Part shown: positions 38,391 through 51,971 of the stretch, in pieces
How positions within the stretch are numbered: position 1 is the stretch's first letter
Layout: the number at the start of each line of letters is the position of its first letter
DNA from: Utricularia gibba
Lineage: Eukaryota; Plantae; Magnoliophyta
Reading direction: 5' to 3'
Assembly (NCBI GenBank): GCA_002189035.1
Contig: CM007992.1
Span: forward strand, 1,860,001 to 1,924,000
DNA length: 64,000 nt
Notes under the pieces: generated by a model
Database searches by the model: none
What the model was told of the DNA's origin: nothing
Seen by the model: only the letters and a program-made list of their open reading frames with translations
Translations under genes and position numbers: made by a program

Positions 38391-39443
38391 ATATCAGTGG
38401 CTGACACATCTTCCCGAGAAGACTAAATATTATCAACAGTCAATTGATTATGCTTAATAGAATCCTTCATCCCTAAATATGGACACAATAAGTCAGTCAG
38501 TTTCTCAAGAAATTTCGGAAGCAAGACAAACGAATCATGGAAATGAAAGACGAGTTTCTTTCGCTGTTTATTATTCTTTATATTTTGTTGATTTGACATA
38601 AATCTTTAGCTCATAAAGCTTATGATTTCTAAATAAAGTTTTCATTATATACTTATCAAAGTGCTCCATAGAAAACCTACAAAGAATAATACTCTCTAAC
38701 TGAGCAAATGTATGGAAATAAATAGTTGGAAGACGTGGAACCCTTTTTACTAAAATTTCTAAATTGTAAATGAAGTCCAATTATTACTTTTGGCTGCGTT
38801 CTTCAACTGTGGGTAAATACCTCGAGTGATGATCAGATTGTCATCCAGTTTAATCTCAAAGGACCCAATGTGATAGATAGGCAGTGAGTTGAATACTTTA
38901 TTTATATTTTAAATGCATATTTTACTATGATTAATTTTTACTTGCCTAGATTGAATAAATCAAACACAATCCCACACATGTGGGTAAATATAAATTATAA
39001 ATCGAGAGGGAAATGTAGATTATTTAAATACATGATATAATTGGGTGCATTGGCAATTGTCCCCATTTTCTAGTTCTCCTTTAATTAATGCGATCACTTT
39101 AAAAAATATTAATTTCATTGTCATTAAAAAAATGATATTTTTCTCTATTTTAAATATTATAGTAGCACATCAATATCATGATTGCGATCATAGTGCTTAC
39201 ATGATATTTTTAATTAAAAAAGGAATAGATCCTATTATTTGAATTAAATACATATATGTTTTTCAATTTAAAAGTATATTACAATTGTGATATGGTATTT
39301 TAAATTTTTTTTTATGAGGGTATAGATGTAATGATATATATAAACTGCTGAATCCTTATATTTTAAACCCTCTTACAAAACAAGGAAAATAAATCTTAAT
39401 AATTCTTACATATATATCAAACACATTTTGATTTTTAAATCCA

Positions 39444-39983
39444 TGTTAAGGGTGAAAACTGGTTAAGTGGGTTGGGTTGGATTTCCGGTTATGGAGGTGA
39501 TCGGAAATGCAACTTTCGTATACTTCCTCTCGTGATCCATCCAGTTTTACCGGGTGAAATGAATGCAGGTCGAGATTTTTTACGTGGAAACCGTCGTAAG
39601 ACGGAAAAACCACGGAGTTATCGGAGCTCACCGAAGAAAGTTTTTTACTAGTGGGATGTGGTGATGGAAAGTACAGGTGGGAGGTTTGGGATTGAACCCC
39701 TTCTCAGTTATGATTCCTTCTATTTATAAGGGGGAAGAGCCGATCCGACCGAATCATGAGCTTTGCAGGTGTTGGCTATCTTTTTGCACTGGTGCTATGA
39801 TCTTGCTTTTCAGACAATCGCCGCCCATTCTTCCATGACTCGGTTACTCTTCAGACTGAACCATACTGCTCTTGTCAGATCCTTTAACAGATATCGATCT
39901 GTCGACATACATTATCTCATCGAAAACCCCGCTTGGCAGCCTTTCAAAAAACCGACTATCCCCAACTGATTTGTATCCTATCA
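39444..39983 (-). repeat. 3' LTR of the Tat element (540 bp)
   Basis: TG...CA termini. PPT-like AGAAGGGCTAAG abuts it at 39984-39995 (minus strand). TATAAATA on the minus strand at ~39721-39728. Confidence 0.85.
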
Positions 39984-40449
39984 CTTAGCCCTTCTGATTT
40001 GTCGATGTGGACCCTTCCAGAGCAAATTGGTGAATCAGAATTGCAACCACACCGATTTCGAGTGCACTGATTTCCCTGGGGCGAATCTCTGGCCCATTCA
40101 GTACGAATCCCTTGCCGCGTGTCATCCCCAGGTCATGCCATGTTTTTCCCGCTCACCCTGGGCACCTCAAGCGTCACGTCGTTTCACCTTCCGAGTACCT
40201 TTTCCATAAATATGCGCTCCTCCCGTCACTTCTCCCCTTTGTTCTCTTCGTTCCCTCGCGAGATCCCAGTGCTCTTCCAATCCTGCCGTGCTCGTCCTCC
40301 GTTCCGCCGCAGCGACTCTCGCCAGAATCGGTCTATTCCTCCTCTTTTCTGCTCAGTTTGGGGGTTTGGGTCACCCTATTTGCATTTTCTGTTTCTGAGG
40401 GCTCTTTCTGTTCATTCCCCTTTCTTTTTTTTCGATTCTTCCGGCTTCG

Positions 40450-42020
40450 ATGGGTAGGAAGTCTAGCGAGCTGAGCATTTCCACCATTTGGGCAAAATAC
40501 TCGATCCTCGATGAGTACGTTGTTAGGCACACTAGGGATTGCCAAATTCCATGGGGAACAGGGGAACGACCCCTTCCTCGATTTAGCCTCCCAATCCCCC
40601 TATCTTATCTGGAGAGCGGTCATCGCTTTCCTCTTCATCCCCTTATCATCCAATTTTTGAACATATTCGCCATTCCTCTTTTTTGTCTTTCCCCGAATTC
40701 GATATTCTGTTTCACCACCTTTCTCTTCTATTCGGCGGGTCTGGACCCGAATCTAACCTTGGTCGATTTTTTTCAATTCTTCAAAGTCGCCGTCTGTAAA
40801 GCTAAGTGCCCGATGCACGGTTTTTCTCACTTCCAATTTCACCGATTTGAGGATCATCCCGATTTCATTCTAAAAGCTCCCGATACTCACCACAATTGGT
40901 GGTCTTCCTTTGTTTGGGTCGCTCCTCCGTCTGGGGCTAGATGGAATTTTCCGGTCAAACCCCCTACTCCTTTTAAAATAAAACTTTTCGGTCGCTTTGC
41001 CCTTCTCATGACTCTCGTAGAGATGTATATCAGAGATTGGCTGAGTGCTCTGTTAGGTTCGAGTCTCGGGCCTCAATGCTTTCGCATGCCTCCTTATCGG
41101 CATGCGAGATTGTCGGCCGCAATCAAGATGGGCAATGGCCTGATTTTCTTATTCCTCCGGGTTCCGCTTTGGAATATTGGCATCTTCTGCAGTCTCCACG
41201 TAATGTTGCTTCTGATCCGGCTGCACTCTCCAGCCCCAACCCGACCCCCTTTTTCCTACTGATCCGTCTCAAAAGAAAAGAAAACGAGTTAAGGCTTGTG
41301 TTCAGAAGCCTTCGAAAAGTATAAGAGGTAGCCATGTTCCGCTTCTTTGGCTTGTGATTTCTTCATTAGTATTTCACCATTTTTCCAACTTTCACCTGCA
41401 GCTGAGGATATGACTCGTAGAAGCGCTTTGGAGGATTCGGTCATGACCCGCTTCTCGGTTGAGATGCATCGGGTGCAGGAGTCGGATGCTGCCCCCTCCA
41501 TGTAGGTTTTCCCCCCCATCCCGACTGCTACCTTCCTCCCAGATTGATTCTCCCGAAGTTCCCTCAAGCACTGCTGATCACTCCCCGGAAAAGGATCGCG
41601 TAATCGAGGATTCTGGGACTCGGGAACCGACCCGTCCCCCTTTAGGAAAAGGAAAGGGGAGCCTCTTTCCTTCGCCGAGATTTTTTGAGGGCCCCACTAT
41701 TGATGCGGGACACTTGGCATTTAATCGGTCTACTCCTATATCGGCAATGGCGTCAGATCAGTCAAGAGTTCGGGCTATCCGTTATGGATCCGCGTTTTGA
41801 CAAGATCAACCCGTTGACGAAGGACGAGAACATGTTTGACGTCGTCTTGGATATTCCTCCTACTCCTGAATTTGGCTTCGAAGCAGATCGGGAACGCCTA
41901 GGTGTACTTATTCGGTCTAGGGTTGATCGAAAGAACGAAACCAAGCTGCGGGCAAGATTACAGGGGCACGTTGGCCCTTCAGTTGGTCCCCCTACGGATC
42001 CTCCTTCTCCTGAGCTTTAG
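40450..42020 (+). pseudogene. Antisense extra ORF of the Tat/Retand element (Transposase_28 / putative gypsy-type domain-like), frameshifted downstream
   Basis: The 270-aa ORF 40450-41262 contains YLESGHRFPLHPLIIQFLNIFAIPLFCLSPNS...WWSSFVWV, resembling the LxxGLRFPxHPFxxxxLxxxxIxPxQLxPNS pattern of Retand antisense ORFs. It continues in broken frames to 42020. Family match is by recollection, not by search. Confidence 0.7.
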
Positions 42021-42825
42021 TTTTCTTTTTTCTACCTTCGCAGAAACAACATTCTTTGTCCTCGACATTGGGGGTTTTCGGATATTTTGGGAATTCAAAC
42101 TTAGTTTGCTACTTCTTGTCCCGAGCTGGTTTACGGTGCCCCTAGCGGGGCTTATATTTGGAGGGTTCGCCGAGCTCTTTGGCTAGGCTTTTTGATTTTT
42201 GCATGCCTTAGTATTTCCTTACGCGAGCGGAACCACTGATAGGGAAGTAGACTAAGACCCCTCATAGGTTGAGTGACTTTCCCAATCCAATTGGGCCCTC
42301 TTCTGGCCGGAATCCCATTGTTTTGAACATGGGCAGATTTTCTTTGGGTGCTCTTGCCGTCTCGAGATTGAGCAGTAAGGTTTGGATCTAAGGGCTTTTT
42401 CGGGGCTTGCGCCGACAGTTTTAAGCAACCGGTGCCTGAGTTATACTTGGCCTTATCATCATCATGGGTGCCCAGGTTTAGAAAAGCATGTGTAGACCAG
42501 GGGGGAGGAGGGGAACCCCACGTTGATCTACTGTCCCCGGGAAGGGGCGTGGATCTAAAGTCAAGGTTTATGACCTAGGTTGGAAGAGATTGCTTGGGCT
42601 TACACAATTCGGCCAGGGCTTATGTTTTCTGGTCAACTCATCTCCGCTTTGGAGGAATCTATTACCGTTTGGGTATTCTAAGAAAAGAAATTACCAAATC
42701 CAAAGAGGACCCATGATAGGGATCGGTATCGAGATGACTAGGCGTAAAATCTCCTCAAGTGTATCGCATTCCAGGATCTTGGGAGTTCCACGCCGTCTCA
42801 CTACTCTGATCGATATGCTCCCTTT

Positions 42826-45800
42826 CTAATTACCCTTGAAACCCGGTAAGGGCCTTCCCGGTTGCGATCTAATTTTTCCACGTGTCTCTATGGTTGGATG
42901 CTCCGGAGGACCAAATCTCCTTCCGAGAATACCTTTAAGGATATGGACCGATTTTAGCTCCTTTCTGTCATTCTCTGATAAGGATACGGACCAAATATTT
43001 TGTCGTTTTTCTTGCAACAGTTCCAACTCCAATCTTTGTAAGTTGGCGTTCTCTTCCTCATTATAGTGTTCAACCCTGTAGCTCTTCAATGTTAGTTCAA
43101 TCTGGCATACCGCTTCCGATCCATAAACCAGCAAGAAAGGAGTCTCTTCCGTAGTGGTCTGAGGGATGGTACGATACGACCACAACACTTCGTCCAGCCG
43201 ATCCGCCCATGATCCTCCGTAGTCCTCGAGTTTGGTTCTCATACCCTGCCTGAGTGTTCAATTCGTTACCTCCACAAGGCCATTACTCTGAGAGTGGTAC
43301 ACCAAAGTGAAGTTGTGCTTGACCGAATATTTGTTCAGGAATGTGTCCATTCTTCCTCCAGCAAGTTGGGTCCCATTATCGGTCATTAGTTCTCGAGGTA
43401 TCCCGAATCGAATGAAAATGTTTCTCCAAAGGAATCGGATAACCACCTCTGATATCCTGGCCATAGATTCGGACTCCACCCATTTGGAAAAATACTCAAC
43501 TCCTACGATAACAAACTTTTTTTGGCCTGACGTTTGGGGAATGGTCTCATAATATCTACCCCCCATCGGTCAAATGGGCATGAGAGTGTAAGAATGGTCA
43601 GATCGTTTACCGGTTTTCTCGGAATGTTGGCGTGGTATTGGTACACCTTACACTTCCACACCATTTCAGTAATATCTTGCCTCATGGTCGGCCAATAATA
43701 TCCGCTTGTCAAAATCTTTCGGCATAAGGATTGTACGCCAACGTGAGCATCATAGTCTCCCTCATGCAAATCGGTTAAAAGCCCTTGAGAGTGCTCCTTC
43801 CCTATACACTTCAATTGGGGTCCGTCAAGGGATCTACGATAAAGATTCCCGTTCACCAGTGTATATCTCTTCGCCCTGGTCTCCAACAGTCTGGCTTCCA
43901 ATTTTTCGGGTGGTGTTTCTCCTCTTTGGAGGTATCGGATATAGGGTAATGTCCAATTCTCGAAAGGGTTCAGCTGCAAAGAGATGTCGTTCCCTGGTTG
44001 TTGAGTAACGTGATTTAGTGCTCGCAAGGTTACTAAAGGTGAATCCCGCAACCGGACTGTCACACTCCCCTCCTTTAGCTTCGGAAATCCTGCGGTAAAC
44101 CTGGCGAGACTATCTGCGGATCCGTTTTCCTCTCACGCAACATGGGATAAGGTGAACTCCTTCAAGGTCTTGGCCAACTCCTTTACCTTGACATAGTATA
44201 GAGCCATGAGGGGGTCATGAGCTTCATATTCGCCCGAAAACTATCCTTGCACAAGCCGTGAATCGGTATAAGCGTCAAGTTTCGCGACTCCGAGCTCCCT
44301 GGCAATTTTCATTCTTTCCACCAAGGCTTCATATTCGGCCACATTGTTGGAGGCAGGGAACAAGAATTTTATCGTGATATAGATGTGTTCCCCATCCAGA
44401 GTCCGGATGTCTATGCCTCCTCTAGCCCCACTGTATGTTGAACCGTCAACATACATGGCCCAGCGGTCGTTAGTTTCCATGAAACGGTCAATAGGCCAAG
44501 TATCTCAACCACAAAATCGGCAAGAGGTTTGGCCTTGATTGCTGTTTTCGATTTAAACTCGATATCCATCGTACTCAATTCGATCGCCCACTTTGCGACC
44601 CACCCAGAAATCTCAAGTCGAGATAGGATATTCTTCAGAGGCTGATTAGTGAACACCACGATGTGTCGATTCTGGAAGTATGATCGGAGCTTGGTGGCCG
44701 CCATTTTCAGAGCCAAGATGAACTTCTCTGTTACTGTGTATCGAGTTTCAGCCGGCAGCAAGACCTTGCTCACATAATACATGGGTAAATGTTTATCTCC
44801 CGAAATAGTTGTCAGGACTGCACTTACTGCAAAGGGGGATATTGGCAAGTAAAGCCCTAGGGGCTCCCCTTCCCTCGGGGCAACTAGAAGCGGAGGCGAG
44901 GCGAGATACTTTTTGAGCTTCTCGAAAGCGATCTGACAATCTTCGTTCCAATTTAATGCCTTTCCCTTTCTCAACGCCTTGAAGAAAGATGCCGACTTAT
45001 CGATTGACCGAGATATGAAATAGCTGAGGGCAGCTAGTTTACCCGTAAGGCTCTGATATTCCTTTATGGTCCTCGGGGGTTGCATTTCGCATATTGTCTT
45101 AATCTTCTCAGGGTCAGTTTCAATTCCTCTTTCCAATACATAGTGTCCGAGGAACTTTCCACTCTGCACTCCGAAGCAACATTTCAATGGGTTGAGTTTT
45201 ATTCCATATGACTGACATAAAGAAAAGCAGGAACCCAAACACGCCAAATTATTCTCTTCATTCATTGACTTAACGATCATATCATCCACATACACCTCCA
45301 TAGAAGTTTCGATCTCAGAGGAAAAGATTTTGTTTACCAATCTCTGATAGGTCGCCCTAGCATTCTTCAGACCAAAAGGCATCGCGACATAGTACTAAAC
45401 CCAGTCTTCGGTGTAGAAGGTTGTTTTCGGCTAGTCCTTTTCCGCGACAAAAATTTGGTGATACCCAGAGTATGCATCCATGGTGCTCAGAAAACGGGAC
45501 CCGACAATGGCATCCACCAGCTTGTCTATCTTTGGTAAGAGGTAGGGATCCCTTTCACAACAGGCGTTGAGATCGGTGAAATTGATGCACATTCTCCATT
45601 TTCCCCCGGGCTTCAGGACGACGACCGGGTTGGCTACCCATTTCGAGTATTGGATCTCCCTTATGTAACCGGCTTGCAGAAGCTCTTTTGTCTTTTCCTT
45701 GATAATTCGGCATTTTTCTTCAGAGAAGTGTCCCTGCTTCTATCGAATCGACTTTGCCCCCGATAAGTATCGATGTGATGCTCAGCGACAAATCAATCGA

Positions 45801-46660
45801 TTCCTACAAAGTCTGGAGCAGTTCAGGCGAAAATATCGGCATTATTCCTTAGGGTTTCTGCTAACCTTTTTTCAAACTCGGCGTTCAGGTTGGTGCCAAT
45901 GCAGGTCGTCTTCTATGTATCCCCTGGTATGAGTTGCAAGGAGTTATACCCCACCGGTTCCATGGCTTGCATGGGAGGTTCCCGAGGTTCCTTCTCCACC
46001 ACCATTACTCTCGGTTTCTTTGCGCAAGGGTCGTGGCAAGAGGATACATAACAAGACCGGGTGGCCAGTCGGTCGATGTCTAGTGTATATATTCCCCTAG
46101 GTGTTGGGAATTTAACTTTCAAGTGCACAGTTGAGGGCAGCATACCGAATTGGTTGATGCCGGGTCGGTCGAGGATCACGTTATATGAGACTTCCGAATC
46201 CAGAATCAGAAATTCTAATCTTTCGGTCCGGCTTCACCCTGCCGCACCAAACGTCATGGGTAGGATTATTTTCCCAACAATTTGCACGGCCCGTTGATCG
46301 AATGCGTATAACTCTATACGGACCAGGCAGATATCCCCCTCTTTAGATGACGCTAGTAGCTCGGCAACTTCCTTTTTCATAATGTTGCAGGAAGATCTCT
46401 GATCGATGAGGATCCTCCTCAACTTGGTGCTCCCGCATATCCCGGCTACCACCAAAGGTTCGTTTCGTGCGGCTGTGCCAGTGGGAATGTCTTTGTCAGA
46501 GAAATTGATCTCCTCCATCTCCCACGCGGCTCTTCCAGTCTGTCCTTTCCCGATTTCAAAGATTCCCCCTTTTCTAGCCTCCTCCAGATATCTCTTTTGT
46601 GATTTCCCAGATTCGTCAATCTCGGTCCCCCCGGATACCATGTGGATTTCCCGGACATAG
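42826..46660 (-). pseudogene. pol remnant (PR-RT-RH-aRH-INT) of the Tat element
   Basis: ORFs 46234-46641 (LRRILIDQRSSCNIM, protease), 45913-46179, 44411-45382 (MPFGLKNA..YVDD, RT/RH), 44241-44480 (aRH), and 43503-44063, 43258-43566, 42826-43242 (integrase). Several stops and frameshifts. Confidence 0.92.
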
Positions 46661-46772
46661 GGGGACTACCCAGTGCCCGGTTTCCGTTTCTTGAACTCTC
46701 CGGTCTATCTCGATCCCCTTCGTGGTTCGAGACGTCGCTAGCTCTCCGGATTCCTCCTGTTGGTTTCGGGGG

Positions 46773-48082
46773 TGTTAAATGTCATTTTCTAGTTAATTAT
46801 TAGGTATTATTATGTGTTAATTATGTATGAAGTCGCCCAAATTAGGAGTCTTTTTATTAAGTATTTGATTTGTACTAAAAAATTCCCATTTTCCCATTTT
46901 GTATATATTTTATGTCTTTTTTCTCACACTTTGACTGAGACATGTCAGGAGACTGTCATAGAGTGTTGCAGGAGTATTGCAGGTGGTCAGACTTTGAGTT
47001 TTCGTGCCTTGTACGCGAGTTGGAATGATTGTGGGTGGAAGACTGACACTGGTCAAGGCCCATGACTTATGGCATATCAGAGTCTGCAGCAATGATTGGG
47101 CGCAAACTTGCACGCAAAGAAAGTCTGGTGGTGCACGCAAGACAGAAGGAATGATGGAAAGGGGACTCAAAGGAGTTAATGCATGTGGGAAGTCATATAA
47201 AAGCCACTTGGAGCACTTAGTTTCGGAATTTTGAACAATTTCTCTTGTACTTAGAACTTTTAGGTTCTTCCTCCCCTCAAGGAGGAAGAACACTTAGCTT
47301 CCTTTTCGTTTATGTTTCTATGGCCCTTTCGGGCTAAAAACCTTTAGTTTCTGGGAAGTAGATGAAGTTTCCTTCCAAGTCTTGAGCAACACACTCGGTT
47401 CTTCACTGAATTCAATTCGGATTCCGCATACTTCCACGCATCTTGTTGCAGTATTTCTGTAACGACTCTTAGTCAAGGTCCATGAGTAGCAGGCCACTTC
47501 TCGCGGATTTTGGTGAAGATCAAGGTGAAGAGCACCAACTCCAACCTTGCTGGTTCGAGGGAAGTAGCAGATTGTTTGTGGCCTAGGTACCGCGACAGTG
47601 GACAGGTTGTGACCTCGGACCTGCCACTGGCCATTGGCAACAGTTGGGCACACGCGCATAATTCGGTTTTGAAGGCAATCGAAGGCAATCCTCTTGTCTT
47701 CCTAATCGTCCAAGCGGGAATCACATGAGGCTATTCCCGTGCCTCCTTTTCAATCAGAGTGTAAGGGAGAGTAGGCTATTCCTTGCTCCTATAACCAACT
47801 ATTCGGAAGAAATCAGTGAAAACTGAGGCAAGGACGGACAAAGGAAGGAGATGAAGTCTTATTTCCAGGAACTGCATCCCGTAGTCAAGGCCAATCACTT
47901 AGGTTGCATCTTTTATTTCTGTATCTTAAAAACCCCCTTTTGCAAAACCATGACATTTTGTGAAAGTTTCTTGCAAACACTTTTCACGAAAAACAACTCC
48001 CTGAGATCGATACTCGTACTACGCTTTCTAGTGTTTTATGTTTTAAAATATTTAAAATTTGTTGAGGAAACGACACGCAACA
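46773..48082 (+). mobile_element. Nested solo LTR (1310 bp, Athila-like) inside the Tat gag
   Basis: TGTTAAAT...GCAACA termini with TSD GGGGG at 46768-46772 and 48083-48087. Host gag sequence rejoins across it. gagatcgatactc motif near the 3' end. Confidence 0.85.
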
Positions 48083-48089
48083 GGGGGGA

Positions 48090-49065
48090 ACTTCGGGTAT
48101 CAGCTGCCCTCGTTCCCCATCTGGCCGTTATGTCCCTTTTTTCGTTCCGTCATCTGTGTGGCGTTGCTCATTCCGCCACTGGTATGATACTGCTCGATCA
48201 TCCTCTTCATTACTCGGGAGTTGACAGTGTCGTGTCCCGTGGTTTTGTGTATTTCCTTAAGCTTTCTCTTCTGTGATCATACCGAATGGAATACAACGCT
48301 GCCTTTGATGGTGGGGCTTCGATATTGACAGCATATCGGGTAGTGAAGAGTAACACCAACTCCCGATAGGATCCCACGCTACATGGTTCTAACTGTTTGA
48401 ACCAGATCTTGCTCCTTTCTGGAGCAAGCAAGCGAACAGCTTACACTTCATGGCTTTCGAATGCTGGACCGTGGCCATCCTCATGATGAAATCAGTCTCG
48501 TGAGATATAGGGTCTCCCTTCCCATCGTATGTGGGCAATCCATCGGGGACTCTGAATCCCCTTTCGGTCTCTTCTCGGATTAACTCATCTGAGAAGGGAT
48601 CAAAGCGAAGTGCAGGGGTTCTCGCAGCTCCTTCATCACTATTCTTCAAAGCTAGATCAATGTCGTCAAGAACGTCTCCTCTTCCGGTGTAGACATTCTG
48701 GTCGAAGGCGTCTCTGAAGCCTCTACTCTCTTTTTCTCCCGGTAGTGTTCATGCTGCGATGAGCTTTCGTCTTTCCCGGATCTGATCCAGCTCTCTCTTC
48801 AGTTCTTCTTCCCTTTTTTCTAAGAATTCATTAGTCATGTTTTTCCTATCTGTTCCGGGCTCATAAATGACTTGGTTGCGCCTTTTCCTTCGCAATATCT
48901 CCTCCTTAGTTTCAGACTCAATCTCCGTGTTCGGGGGGTATTCCGGAATCAGGGGTTGCTTCTCCGCTCGTGGTGCGGTTTCGAGTGTCCCCTCCTGGGC
49001 GTTGGAGTTCAGCCCCGAAGGTGCCTTGAAGTCGGCGAGGATTTCTGTTTGTAGGGCCTTCATTT
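48090..49065 (-). pseudogene. gag remnant of the Tat element
   Basis: FRVPDGLPTYDGKGDPISH...MKCKLFACLL (48389-48649) and IWFKQLEPCSVGSYRELVLLFTTRY (48210-48431) are typical Retrotrans_gag motifs. Confidence 0.85.
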
Positions 49066-49259
49066 GCCAGCTACTTTCTGCACTTGTGCTATAATCTTGC
49101 TTTTCAGACAATCGTCGCCCATTCTGCCATGACTCGGTTACTCTTCAAATTGAACCATACCGCTCTAGTCAGATCCTCTGACAGACATTATCTCATTGAA
49201 AACCCTGCTTGGCAGCCTTTCTAGAAACTGAATATCCCCAACCGATTTGTATCCTATCA
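49066..49259 (-). repeat. Truncated 5' LTR of the Tat element (U3 part only, ~190 bp)
   Basis: Aligns to ~39770-39983 with roughly 10% substitutions by eye plus an ~18-bp indel. The rest of the LTR, the PBS and the leader are missing. Confidence 0.85.
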
Positions 49260-50424
49260 ATCCACGATACTTGTTTATATATAACGAAATAAATTAAACC
49301 CAGATTAAACTTAAATATTCATATCAAACGGTGCATATAAGTATGTTCCACACATATTCCTTTATAAGTTTTCAAAAAATTAGAATATTGGCTATAATGA
49401 GAATGATAAAAAATGAGTTTGTTTCTGTAACTTTAAGAAGATATTGTATAATAGAAATATGTTTCACTCCAAAATGTGAAATTACTTTAATAAAATACAA
49501 AATATAATTCACAAAAAAGACTTGGTCTTTTAATTGCTCAAAACTTTACGATGGAAAACTAGAGAAGGAATTTAAAGAAATGAATTGAAATAGGTGAGAA
49601 AAATAGCATTTATGAAAAAATTGTTAGAATGAGAATGGAAATCAGAATGAGAAAAATATTCTATTTTACATTCATATGCCATTTTTTAGATTGAGAATTT
49701 TAGATTCTCATTCTCGAAAATGAGAATAGCCATATTCTTGAAAATGATCAATTTCTCATTTTAAGAATACAAAGTGATAATCAGAATGTGGTAGTTTTTT
49801 GGGAAGTCATGACCTCTGTTTAACTGGATTGCGTTGTACCAAGGAATGACGTGTGGATCCAAATCTGCCATTGCTATTTTATGGAACCCTTGGATATGAG
49901 ACAAATGAGTTGTGAAGGAGGTGTAGCTATTCCTATTTATGCTAAAACTATGGCCTAAGCTTCTAGAGAGGAGTAGCTATGCACTTAAGGAGTCTTTGGT
50001 ATCCTCACTTAGTCTCATATCTTTCCAATAAACCCACAACAAACACAAAATTTCTTTTTTGAGATATCTATGAATGCTCGACCATAATACGAAAGGGGCC
50101 CTAGGGACTTACTTTTAAACAAAAGTATCGAAGCATTATTAGACTCAGCATTGGCAGTTGATCGATGCACTAGGGACTTTGCCATAACCCACGAGCAAAT
50201 GGCCGATTACGTTGCAAAGCTAAAATAAGTCATGAGAAAGTTAACTTTATAATTGAGCGCCTTGCTCGAGAAGATATTTAGGTGTCAAATGCTCTACGAG
50301 GACCCTTACGTTGCAAAACTAAAAGTTGGATTTACTAGGAGCCTTGTCTCCAAGGGGTTTTTGGTAAGATAGAATCTCAGGTTGCTCGAAGTCGACCTCA
50401 AAAGGCAAGATTTTTGGCAGCAAC

Positions 50425-50600
50425 AATATGGATAACATTTTGATTATAGATAGCTCATCATCATTTGTCTACAAGTATATTGCTCTTTTAAGCTTGGAGT
50501 TTGCTATGAAGGATCTCAGCCCCTTGCATCACTTCCTCAAAGTTGAAATCTATCCAATGCCTATGAACTATATTTTTCTCAAACACACTATGCTATCAAA
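50425..50600 (+). mobile_element. Copia RT fragment
   Basis: DNILIIDSSSSFV...EFAMKDLSPLHHFL matches the Copia YVDDILITG...FAMKDLGPLHYFLG region. Confidence 0.75.
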
Positions 50601-51103
50601 AATTGATGAACTGTTGACTCATCCCCTTCTGATCTTCCCAACCGAATTATGCACCATGATTGACATCTTCTCACAGAACCGTCTGGTTTTGCAACATGCA
50701 ATGATTCATGTGGGCGGCTTTGCGTGGATCCAACTTGGGAGATCTCATCAACTAGCGAACAATAACAACTGAAAAAGCAAATAGTATGCTAATTTATCGT
50801 CCATATCCGAAAACTTGGATAGGTGTTTATCGATCCAAAAATTGGGCCAAGTGTTGATCTCAAGTTGAATCCAGCTTCTCCAGTTAGTGGGCAACCCAAC
50901 CCAAGAGCGAGAGGGTTGGAGTGTTGTCAATTCATCTATGTATCTGGACGTTTCCTTTAGCAGCCGTGGGATCCATTCCATTCTTTCATTCAAATGGTGG
51001 CATTGTTCTATATCTACAGACGCCACTGTTTAGGGTCTCGCCTCTATAAGAGTAAAGAGCTTGCAGCAAGCCCTCTCAAATCCACATAGGCTTTAAGATA
51101 TAT

Positions 51104-51971
51104 ATGGCTTACAAAGTACTCTCCTTTCTCCTTGTTGCTGCTCTCCTAGATTCTCTTGAAGTTGCAGCTGCTACAGACACTGTAGAGGGCATTGGCCAAG
51201 CTAAGCGCCCCGGGCATCCCGGCTTGGTTGAGCATGGTGATACAATGAAGGCTATGGGTTTCTTTTTTTTTTTCTTTCCCGATATATATATATGTATTAT
51301 TGGCGACATGGTTGCTTTGACTCAGTGAAAAAAGGTAAGAAGGCCACTATTGTGAGGATTATGACAAACAAATTCTAACTAACACCAACTTATACTCAAC
51401 TGAAATAACACAAAACCTGATGCCAACGATCAATCTCAAAGAAAGATTTATAGAAATACAAAGGACACCAGATTTTTATCGTGGAAAATCTTGCAGTAAA
51501 AGACCATGGGTGTTCTACACATCAGACATAAAACATCCGCTAAATCACCGGTTTAAATGTGCAAATAAAATCAAGAACAGGTTTCAGAAACAAACTCACA
51601 AGCTTATTATGAACATCAAAATGAATTCAGCTTTTAAGGTTAACAAATCATTGAAATCTAGGGAAGATTTCCACAAGATGAGCTTAGAACCTTAGATAAG
51701 AAAAGCTCTTCAACGCTATTTTCACAAACATAGTTTTCAGATTCTAGATCAAATATCGCTGCTGCTCTTCTGTGCGTTGCTCTTCATTTTTATGTTCAAC
51801 AATCTCAAAATAACTGCTTTTATTTTGGGGCAATAGTAATTTAGCTAGATTTAATTGCTGACTTGTATATAGCCCATTTATAGTCAACCTACAACCATCC
51901 TCGGCAGAATCAGCCATGGCGTCGGCCAAGCTAAGCACCCGGGGCCTCCTACCAACGACATCATCAACTGA
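51104..51971 (+). CDS. Candidate small secreted protein gene A (GRP/nodulin-like leader, two G[IV]GQAK[RH]PG repeats); exon structure uncertain
   Basis: TATAA at 51045-51049 and ATG at 51104. Hydrophobic leader MAYKVLSFLLVAALLDSLEVAAA, then TDTVEGIGQAKRPGHPG. T-rich intron-like sequence starts at 51258. A second repeat, HGVGQAKHPGPPTNDIIN*, lies at 51915-51971 and AATAAA at ~52062. Confidence 0.5.

Larger units (their letters stand above)
39444..49259 (-). mobile_element. Ty3/Gypsy Tat-clade (Retand-like) LTR retrotransposon, ~9.8 kb, decayed
   Basis: TSD ATCCA at 39439-39443 and 49260-49264. Both LTR copies end in ..ttgtatcctatca on the + strand. On the minus strand the order is gag, PR, RT (YVDD), RH, a second archaeal-type RNase H (YVDGS..ASNNVAEYEAL), then INT. 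This is followed by ~2.8 kb of extra 3' region carrying an antisense ORF. Confidence 0.92.

Noticed and set aside
50748-51026. 92-aa Trp-rich minus-strand ORF head-to-head with gene A
   Set aside because: It starts at GTG rather than ATG, has no recognisable family, and overlaps the likely promoter of gene A.
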